Positions 54,501-64,000 of a stretch of DNA of 64,000 nt are shown piece after piece (position 1 is the first letter of the stretch; every line of letters begins with the position of its first letter). The notes under the pieces are model-generated. The model did not search any database, was not told the origin of the DNA, and was given only the letters and a program-made list of their open reading frames with translations. The stretch is taken from NCBI GenBank assembly GCA_043228905.1, contig JBHGNT010000010.1:682001-746000 (forward strand). Reading direction: 5' to 3'. A program made the translations under genes and the position numbers. Source of the stretch: Azolla caroliniana (lineage: Eukaryota; Plantae; Polypodiophyta).

Positions 54501-57500
54501 ATGTTATAACTAGGTTCATGTGAACCTCTATGATCTATTATTATTAGTATTGTGAATATATATGCTTATATATTTCACTTTCCTATTCATACCTGTAAAT
54601 GCATATGTGCGAAAAACAGAGATGTAGATTTGGGTGGAAATTAAAATTGATACTATGGTTCGTGGAATATAATTGAACATGTGATAGATTAATGGCTGTG
54701 CACTGTGCTTGCATGCTTTATGACAATTCCATGTTTTTAAAAATTCGTTTGCCGTATAGAGTTCTGGGTGGATTTTTTGTTAATTCAATTGTAATGCATC
54801 AGTATGGGTGGTGCAGAGAAGCATCCAAGTATGGTTGCCCTGTTCAAGCAGAAATGAGCAGTTTCTCTTCACTAAAGGATCTTTAGGAATTTACACATGC
54901 ATATTGATGGCATGGGTTATATGATTTAGTTCTTGGACTATAACTTTTTAGAGTCATATGTGCTTAGACTTTGTGTTGATATCACATGGAAGATCACTTT
55001 CAAAATTAAATTTTCATTATTGATGTTAACTTCTTGCTACTAGTTGCAAGACTATCACCTGAAACGTTTTGAGTTCATGTTGTTCATAACTGATGCAAAT
55101 ATGTACATCTTTTGTGCCCCCAGTTCTCAGAAATTTATGTTGCACAATCATGTTCGTATATTTAATTCAAAATATTCAAATGATGTTTTATATGCAGATC
55201 GAGCTGCAAATGTCAGTGGAACAGCAAAGAGAGGAAACCAAATCCAAAATGGAAGAGTGTGAAAAACTTCTTACTACACTGCAATTACAGAAACAAGAGT
55301 TGATGGAAGAGGAAGAGAGGCTTAGAGTAACTGAACAAGAAAGGTTAGAACTGCTTAAGCTGCAGACGTGCCTAAAGGAAGAGATTGATGACTTCAGAGG
55401 TAAAAAGAAAGTAGTAGTCATGGAAGCTGATGAGCTGAAGAGAGAAAAAGAGAGATTTGAGAAGGAATGGGAATTGCTTGATGAGAAGAGAGAGTGTCTG
55501 CAAAAGGAGCTGGAAAAGGCTGACCTGGAGGCACACAGAGTGGCAGAGTGGTTGCGTGTTGAGGAGGCAAGATTGAAGGAAGCGAGAAGGCTTCTACACA
55601 ACCAAATTCAAAGAGAATCAGAAGCATTGCGGCTTGAAAAGGAGGATTTCACCAGAAGAATGGAACATGAGAGAGCAGAATGGTTCAGTTCTGTAGAGAA
55701 GGAGAAGGAGGACCTTGTAAGGGATCTAGAGCGGAAGAGCAGAGAACTGGAGAAGAGCATAGAAAAGAAGAGAGAAGAGATTGAAAGCCAACTGCGGGAA
55801 AGAGAACTTAAAATGAAGAGAGATCTTGAAAGGAGGAGGGAAAACATAGCTATGCAGATTAAACTAGCTGAAAAGCAACTAGATGATGTCAAATTGGAAA
55901 AGGTCGAGCTTGATAAAATGAGGGAAGAAATATCTAGACAGTGTGAAGAATCTGAGAATCAGTGGGTTGAGATCAGGAAAGATATCAATGAGCTGCAAGT
56001 CCAGAGAGAGAAACTTAAGGAGCAGAGAGAAGCTTTAAGTAAAGAAAGGGAGGAAAACCTTCAAGAGGCTGAAATACTTCGGAAGTTGAAACTCCAGCTG
56101 AAGGCTCCGGATGCCAGCCAGCAATGTGAAGAATGGGAACCACCCAGCAATGGAGATAAAATGTTGACACCATGCTCGGATCCAGATGTTCCCCAGACCG
56201 ATGCTGATGATAGAGATATTCTGTTTTCAGCCAAACTTGACAGTAAAATGACTCCTGGAAAACTGAAAGAGTCGCCTATGCGCTTTTCTTGGCTACAGAA
56301 GTGTGTATCAGGTCTATTATTAGAGAAAAGATCAGTGTTCAAGGAAAATAAAAAAGATCAGGAAGAGCGTAATGCTTCTCCTGTAGCTGACTTAAACAAC
56401 AAACAACTAGATACAGTATCTGATGGAGGGAAATTAGGGTTTGATGGAGCTTCTAGATCAAATGGAAGTATTACTCCTAGTACCAAGAAAGGAAAACAGA
56501 AGAAAGAACAGAAGAGAAGAGACCAGGGTGTCAAGCGGACACATTCTATTGCTGCAACTGTGGCGGATGCTAGACTAATATTAGAGCCCCATTCTCAACA
56601 AGGTAATGAAGCTTGGATCAATCATAGGTATGATGGATTAAAGATGCGCAATGACAACAAGCTTCTGGATTCAGGTGCTTGGTCTGCTATCGAACAGGAC
56701 AAAGACACTATATCTGATAAGCAAGTCAGGAAGCGGGTTTTTAGTCAGGCTAATGATATTGTAAGTGATGCAGAGACAGAGGACACAGAGGTAGAGTCTG
56801 AGATCACAACAAGGGGAAGGAAGAAGCAGCGACAGAGAGATCATGGAATATCTGTCTCAAGTGATTTAAGGGACACTCCAGGGATGAAGCGTTACAATTT
56901 TAGACGCTCTACCGTGTAAGGCCATATTAAACAAGATATTTTTCTGAAGTTTTCCTATTAATATTTAGTTATCTCAACTGCAGGACTTTCCTAACTATTA
57001 ATTTGTATGTGTCAATTCCAGTACAAAGACAGGAGCTTCAAAAATATCTAGTGATGCTAAGGATAAGCCAATAGCTAGCCAAGAAATACACGATTTGCAA
57101 GATGTGTCTTCTGCTAACCATGTACGCCCATACTAATACATTGCATGAATTTATCTAGCCACTGTTCTCTTGTTTCTGAGGCTATAAGTACATTATCCTA
57201 GATATCTATATGACAAGGAAATGGCTCTTAAAATGTAGATAAATTCATTGAATTATGGTTTTTTTATTTTTAAAATATGCTTGTGGAATAATCAGGATGC
57301 AAAGGTCAGGATTGATGATCCTCTCAGAGATCAGGTTGCATCTGACAAAGTAAACAGTGAAGTTGTGCTTCATGAGGAAATGAGCATCTTTAGATATGAA
57401 ACGAGTATGGTTGATACCAGAATCAACCAAGGGAGAGAATGCAGCAAACCTTCACATGGAGAAGAGTCTGAACGTGAGGATGAGTATGTTGAGGACGAGA

Positions 57501-57631
57501 AAATTGATGTAGATTTAGATATGGGAGATGGAAACAGTGAACTTGACAACGTGCAAGAAATCAGAGAAGAGGATGGGAAAGAGGAAAAACTAAGTTTAAA
57601 GCAGAAGTGGTGGGATTACCTGACCACATGA
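48533..57631 (+). CDS. NMCP1: Nuclear matrix constituent protein / CROWDED NUCLEI (NMCP1-type), ~1130 aa; exons 48533-48829, 52118-52327, 52432-52685, 53505-53775, 53856-53939, 54232-54363, 55198-56915, 57022-57121, 57296-57631
   Basis: [13 protein letters not shown] head; [18 protein letters not shown]; [16 protein letters not shown]; [12 protein letters not shown]; FSWLQKC; [14 protein letters not shown] (RYNLRR motif); acidic tail ending [12 protein letters not shown]. All introns GT-AG and in phase. Confidence 0.95.
49200..50575 (-). mobile_element. Degenerate LINE ORF2 fragment in NMCP intron 1
   Basis: [22 protein letters not shown]...[26 protein letters not shown] (RT N-terminal subdomains); [14 protein letters not shown] (pre-RT PWFD-type motif). 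Confidence 0.8.
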
Positions 57632-59960
57632 AAAATGCACAATTTGTACAACTGAATAATTGATTGATTTCCACTTCCTCCATTTTTTTGCATATCTTAA
57701 GAAATACTTCAGCTATAGAGTTTTGTTTGAGATCAATTTTGGGAAGCATGTAATGATAAAAATGCTTAATGTTTGGCTATGCTGCCAGCATACAATTAGA
57801 CAACAGTAGTTATCAAAATACATACGTACAAACATGTATATGTATATATGTATCTTAATTTTATGCACAGACAGACACTGCATCTTTTTCTGTAGCAGCA
57901 CAATGCAGGGATGATAAAATAGTGCTGATGTTTATGTTAATAGTTAGAACTTCGATTGTAACCCCTTGAAACGTAGAAGTTCATTTCTTCACTCTTTGAA
58001 GGCTTGCATATTCAATGCCCTTGAGTAGATTGGCTATATTGATATTGTTAGCTGATAGTGCCAAATTGGCAACGTCATGTGCTACATCAGGTATATGAAT
58101 TCAGCAAATCCTGATGATAAATCCAATATAATTTTAATGCCGTTCTCCTGTGCTGTATGGTAATATGAGTGGCTGTTTTAATTGTCACCTCTTCTCATGT
58201 TTTTCACCCCTGATGTGATTGTTATGTCAGTCATGGTGAGGGTTTTTACCTTAAAAGTCTTTTAAAGGTATTACCTTGATATTGTATGCCTTAATATCAA
58301 TAGTTTTCAATCTCCTCACAAAGTTACAATGCCATTTATATTATTGATGTTCATTTTTTTGTGTAATCATTGGGAGCTGTCAAATTGTAAATGTGTACCA
58401 ATCACAACTTCATATTGTGAAATGCTCTCAAGAATAGCTCCCTTTCCATTATGTTCCAAGTTACATTTTATAGACTACTCTTAGCGTGGAGGGTGTTCTC
58501 CTGCTCCAATTAGCTCTTCTAATTATGGGGGCTTGGTAGGGGCCTAATTTGGGTGTGGTTCATGTGACCACCACAATATACGTTGGTTTTCAATGATAGG
58601 TCTTGAGAAAAATATGATGAATGAAAAGGATTGAGAACAAAAAATTGGAGAACTTAATGAAGGCTATTTAGAAGTTTGTGTCATTCTCTTTGCGGTTGAC
58701 TATTCTATCAAAGTGGGAAATTTTGGAGTGGGATGATGCACTATAAGTCAATCCACACTTGTAGACATATAACGTATAAAACTTATTTTTACTAAATGAC
58801 ATGAGAATATTAAACACAATTGAGTAATAGAGGTTCAATTCTAATTGGAGAAACAATATTCAAGAGTTTGCTTGTGAATTTGATACTTTACATTGGAGTA
58901 ATGTTGAAGCTATAAAGAGTTTAGAGTGAAAACCAATGCTATAAAGTAAGGGTACTTTGGTGCAACTTTGGTTATTGATGGTTATGATGACTGGATAATG
59001 AAGATCAGTGGGTATGGTACAATATTCTCACCTTCATAGTTTCCTATGGAGGTGAGAACCAAAAGATACTATACCATGCGCACTTTGACGAATATAGCTA
59101 GTAGCCCACTTTAATTGCATTTCCAAAGCATTGGTGTTCATGGTATTGAACATAAAGATTGTTCATGCTACTTGGGTTGTAGCATGTTAGGTATGGAGAT
59201 AATCTCATTTCCCTCCTCTTAATTTACTACAATCCAAAAGGTGTAACTCGACTTGCATCAAATTTTGGAATATGATGGTGAATCTATCATCGTCAATGAT
59301 GGTGTGTATATAAGTTACATGGATTGTGTTGTTTTGAACAAGTGCCCACCCTCTCATGTGCAGCCAATGGAAATAAGAGTGCATTAGATATGGTAGTTGG
59401 ACTTATCACCAAGAGTAACAACCTATTGTATAAAAGGTAACCTTCAAGAGATTACAAGGTTACTGCTTCATTCCATGTATTCAGTCAAATATACATTTGC
59501 TGTCTTATGACGACATCAACTAAAACTCCCTTTTATCGAGCCCTACAATTTAATTGTGCTTGGATGCTCTAGTGATAAGAATGCAAATCTCTACCTTCCC
59601 TATTGTTTTTGCATCATGTTTGGTATATTGATGCTCATGGCTCTCTAAATATTTCATCCATGCGGGTGTGTCATACTCTTGATGCTTGAAGGACCTTTAA
59701 TGCTTCTTATAAAATATACCAAGCAATTAGGTTGACATTGTGCTTTTGTACATATATAATGTCTTCTTAGTGCGTATTCTACTCATTACCGACGGGACGG
59801 ACGGACGGACGGATGGACGGACGGACGGAACGAAGGACACCGAAGGAGGAGGAGGAGGGAGGGTCACTAACATAAATACCTAAAACAATTATTAGTTCTT
59901 CTTATCTCTGTCTCTTCAAAGAAACGCTCGCTGCCCCTTCCTTAGTACTTACCCACTCCC

Positions 59961-59968
59961 AAACCCTA
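59961..59968 (+). promoter_or_regulatory. Telo-box (AAACCCTA) about 100 bp upstream of the eIF3c start
   Basis: Exact motif; telo-boxes are established features of plant translation-machinery gene promoters and 5' UTRs. Confidence 0.6.
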
Positions 59969-60066
59969 GCAGCGATCCTCCCTCCCTCCCTCTCTCTGCG
60001 TTCTTTCTTCTCCTTCCCTCCTCCGCGTCCGACCGCTCCTCCGCCTGCAGGTTTCTGTCGTCAGCC

Positions 60067-63000
60067 ATGGCTTCTCGTTTCTGGACTCAGGTAAGCATCT
60101 GTCTTCAACCCCCCCTCCCCCCCAAAAAAACATCTCTGATTTCTCCATGGCTCCCCCTCCTACCGTCCCTTCCACCAACGTCGTTTCCTTCCCCTTTTGC
60201 AGGGTGGAGATAGTGATACCGAAGAAGAAGAGAGTGATATTGATGAGATCGAAGCCCCTGGCCAAGACAGGCCGGAAGCTTCTGCTGCGGCCAAGTATAT
60301 GATGGGTGATAGTGATAGTGATGATTCTGACGATCAACGGCGAGTTGTCAGATCTGCCAAAGATAAACGATTTGAAGAACTATCTCACACTGTGGAGCAG
60401 ATCAAGAACTCTATGAAGATCAATGATTGGGTGAGCATTCAGGAGAATTTTGACAAGCTCAATAAGCAGTTGGAGAAGGTACTCCGAGTAACGGAATCTG
60501 AGGTTGCTCCTCGACTCTACATTAAAGCTCTTGTTATGCTTGAGGATTTCTTGGTTCAATCCTTTGCAAACAAAGAGGCCAAGAAGAAGATGAGCTTGAG
60601 TAATGCCAAAGCTCTCAATTACATGAAGCAGAAGCTGAAGAAGAACAACAAGTTTTATGAAGTTGAAATCGAGAAATTCAGGGAAAATCCTGAGTCAGAG
60701 GTTGAGGAAGAGAAAGAAGAGGATGAAAGTGATGAAACTGGATCTGAAGTCGACTTTAGTGTCGAGGAACCTTCCAAAATAGGTGCCTTTTCAGACTCAG
60801 AGGAGGAGCAGGAGGAAGAAGGTGAAGGAGATGGATGGTCAAAGCAAAGAAGCAAGAAGGATAAGATTATGGATAATCAGTTTAAGAAGGATCCAAGCGA
60901 GATCTCATGGGATATGGTGGACAAGAAGGTTAAGGAGATTATTGCAGCCAGGGGCCGGAAAGGCACTGATAGGGTTGAGCAGGTCGAGCAGTTGACTTAT
61001 CTTCTGAGAGTCGCAAAGACACCCGCCCAGAAGCTTGAGGTTTTGATGCACGTGGTTTCTGCTCAATTTGATATAAATCCAAGTCTCAGTACACATATGC
61101 CCATTCCTGTATGGAAGAAATGTGTGCAGAATGTTCTTGCCGTTTTGGATATCCTTGCAAACTATCCGAACATTGTGCTAGATGATGCAATGGATCCTGA
61201 GATGGAAAATGAGTCCCAGAAAGGTGCTGATCACGATGGACCTATTCATATTTGGGGAAATGTTGTCGCTTTTCTTGAAAGGCTCGATGATGAGCTATTC
61301 AAGAGTCTTCAGTTTATTGACCCTCACACTAAAGATTATGTTGAGAGGCTTCGTGATGAGCCGCTATTCATGGTCCTTGCACAAAATGTGCAGGAGTATC
61401 TTGATCGTATCGGTGATACAAAGTCTGCTTCAAGGGTTGCTCTTAGAAGGCTTGAACATATATACTACAAACCACAAGTAGTTTATGAGGCAATGCGAGT
61501 GTTATCGGAGTCTCAAGTTCGGCTAGATGCAGTAAACAATAATGCTGAGGATGAAGATGATGACTATGATGAAGAAAGCAAAAGATTTATGAAGGCATCA
61601 GCTGATGTGAAAGGACCTCCTGCCTTTGTGAACATCCCAGAAATTGTTACAAGGCGATCATCTTTCCCAGAGCTTAGTAGAACTTTAATGAATGAATTGG
61701 TCTCTCTTATTTACAGAGTTGGTGATGAACGTACAAAGGCAAGGGCTATGCTTTGTGACATTTTCCATCATGCTATCAATGATGAATTCCATACGGCTAG
61801 AGATCTGCTACTAATGAGTCACCTCCAAGATAATGTTCAGCAGATGGATATTTCGACACAGATTCTTTTTAATCGAGCTATGGCTCAGCTAGGCCTTTGT
61901 GCTTTTAGGGCATCCCTCATCGTGGAGGCTCATGGTTGTTTGCAAGATTTATATGCTGGTGGAAGAGTGAAGGAACTGCTTGCACAAGGAGTTCAGCAAA
62001 GCCGATACTATGAGAAAACGGCTGAGCAGGTAATTATTTATAAAGATGTCAGCATTTAGGACATTTTAATTGTTTCTTCTCCATACCACTATCTTTATGG
62101 AAAATCTTTACGAGAAAATCTTTATGGAAATATCGGCATTTAGTGCATTTGGTTTTTTCCATCTCTTTACCATTATCTATGAAGTGCTTTTGAATCGCTA
62201 GTTTTTTCTCTATGTCATGATATAGGAAAAGCTTGAGAGGCGTAGACAGATGCCTTTCCACATGCATATCAATCTTGAATTGCTGGAGGCTGTGCATCTT
62301 ATATCGGCTATGCTGCTTGAGGTTCCAAACATGGCAGCAAGCGTCCTTGATCCAAAGAGAAAAGTGATCAGTAAGAATTTCCGAAGGCTTGTTGATATTA
62401 GTGATAGGCAAGCATTCACAGGGCCTCCTGAGAATGTGCGAGATCATGTTATGGCTGCCACTCGAGCAATGACCAAAGGTGATTGGCAAAAAGCGGTTGA
62501 AGTGGTTCAAGGCCTTGATGTATGGAAGCTTCTGGCCAAGAAAGAGTCTGTGGTTGAAATGCTTAAGAGTAAGATTCAGGAAGAAGCTCTACGCACATAT
62601 TTGTTTACATACTCCCCATATTATGGTGCATTGAGCTTGGACCAGCTCATGAAAATGTTTAACCTCTCAGAGCCTCAGGTTCATAGCATTGTGAGTAAAA
62701 TGATGATTGCCGAGGAGCTTCATGCAAGTTGGGACCAGCCGACCCGCTGTATTGTCACTCACAATGTTGAGCCCACAAGGCTACAAGCCCTTGCAGCTCA
62801 GTTTGCTGAGAAGTTGTCAGTTCTTGTTGAGAGCAATGAGAAGGCATATGAAGCACATACTGGAAGTAGTTTGGAAGGGCTTCCATCAGGAGGAAGACGC
62901 AAAGAAAATCAAGAGTATGCTCCTGGTACTGGTAGTCGTTGGCAAGGAGATTTCACATATGGCCAGGGGAAACAAGGTGGATATACAGGTTATGCTGGAA

Positions 63001-63248
63001 CCAGGAACTATAGTGGTGGACGAGGTGGTCAGGGTAGAGGAGGTGGTTTTAGGGATTCAAGGGGTGGCCAAGGGGGAGGGCGTGGTGGTGGTGGTGGTGC
63101 GTACAGCTCTGTGTTCCAGAGCACTAGATATCAAGATGCTTATAGTAGTGTGGGTCGAACCCCTTACCAAGCTGGGCCTATGGTTCGGGGTTCTGACCAA
63201 GAAGGGGCAGGTAGAATGGTTAGCCTAACGAGGTCGGTGAGATTTTAG
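60067..63248 (+). CDS. eIF3c: Eukaryotic translation initiation factor 3 subunit C, ~957 aa; exons 60067-60090, 60203-62029, 62226-63248
   Basis: MASRFWTQ|GGDSD...[15 protein letters not shown]...ARGRKGTDR...[12 protein letters not shown]...[17 protein letters not shown]...[14 protein letters not shown]...[10 protein letters not shown]...PCI domain, RGG-rich tail. Confidence 0.98.
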
Positions 63249-64000
63249 GTCAAAAGCATTTTTGGGTAGGTTATCGGCCTTTTGAATTGTTAACTATATT
63301 TTTGTTGTCTTGAGTTGGTTTCTTGTATTGTTTTCTTTCAAATAACATTCCAAAAAGAAATGTACTGTTATTATGAGTTTTAGTGGTGGTTTTTATGAAA
63401 TTTATGAGAATTATGATGCTTAGTAATTTATATTTTCTTTTGCCATTCTAGAACTGTAGTTAATTTCCTGAAAAGTGAGTTTCAATCAAATTTGTAAAAG
63501 AGTATTCTTGTTTGAGGTGCATGTAAACTTGCCTCTATTTGATGTTCCTGACAATTGTTCATTGTTTGGTTTTTAAGTTATTAAAAAGAATGATTTGAAT
63601 GCATGCTGTGGAAGATAGAACTCTTAAAAGAAAATTTGATTACAAACTGTAAGTTAAGTTCTTTGACAGAATGTATGTCCGTCATAATTACACCTGATGA
63701 TCTCTGTCTCTGCTAGATTAATTTCTTTTGTGTAAGCATGCTATTAATTGATGTCTCCCATTAATGATTTAGAAAATAATTATTTTGCTGTTACATTTGA
63801 CAATCATACAAATGTATGCGTCAATTAAATTTGATGTATGTATAAATTGTTACATGAAATTTAATTATTTTCTTTCAGTTTTATTAGTCACCACATTGTG
63901 AAATGTTCCATTGTGCTGGATTTCTGTTTTTGTCAGCTCAAATTCTTTTAATATGTGGTGGTCCCAAGAGGTCTTTCAATACCTTTTGATCTTTTGTTGA

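Noticed and set aside
55188-56342. Minus-strand Ser/Leu-rich ORFs
   Set aside because: Antisense to the Glu/Lys-rich NMCP coiled-coil exon.
62707-63228. 173-aa alternative-frame ORF overlapping the eIF3c C-terminus
   Set aside because: Expected by-product of the GGT-rich RGG tail; no independent evidence of coding.

Overview
Eukaryotic land-plant nuclear DNA with spliceosomal introns; the gene styles and TE families look fern-like, which is inference only. Most entries in the supplied ORF track are exon fragments, antisense shadows or TE debris. Manual splicing gives seven protein-coding loci: (1) first coding exon of a histidine phosphotransfer protein (AHP/HPt, minus strand, GC donor, remainder left of the window); (2) peptidyl-tRNA hydrolase 2 (8 exons, +); (3) an R3H/SUZ RNA-binding protein (6 coding exons, -); (4) an unusually long (~805 aa) group-V AP2/ERF (SHN/ESE3-like, -); (5) an unrecognised coiled-coil gene (+); (6) an NMCP1/CRWN nuclear lamina protein (9 exons, +); (7) eIF3c (3 exons, +). 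Introns and intergenic DNA hold degenerate LINE fragments, a 5'-truncated Copia element with a nested solo LTR, Gypsy remnants, a non-autonomous hAT element, microsatellites, many short tandem duplications, a perfect 68-bp inverted repeat and a higher-order 48-bp repeat array. No CRISPR, rRNA or tRNA was recognised, and there is no strong evidence of a wholly new multi-gene system. The best leads are the giant group-V ERF, the template-switch hairpin, the unusual architecture of the R3H gene and the orphan coiled-coil gene.
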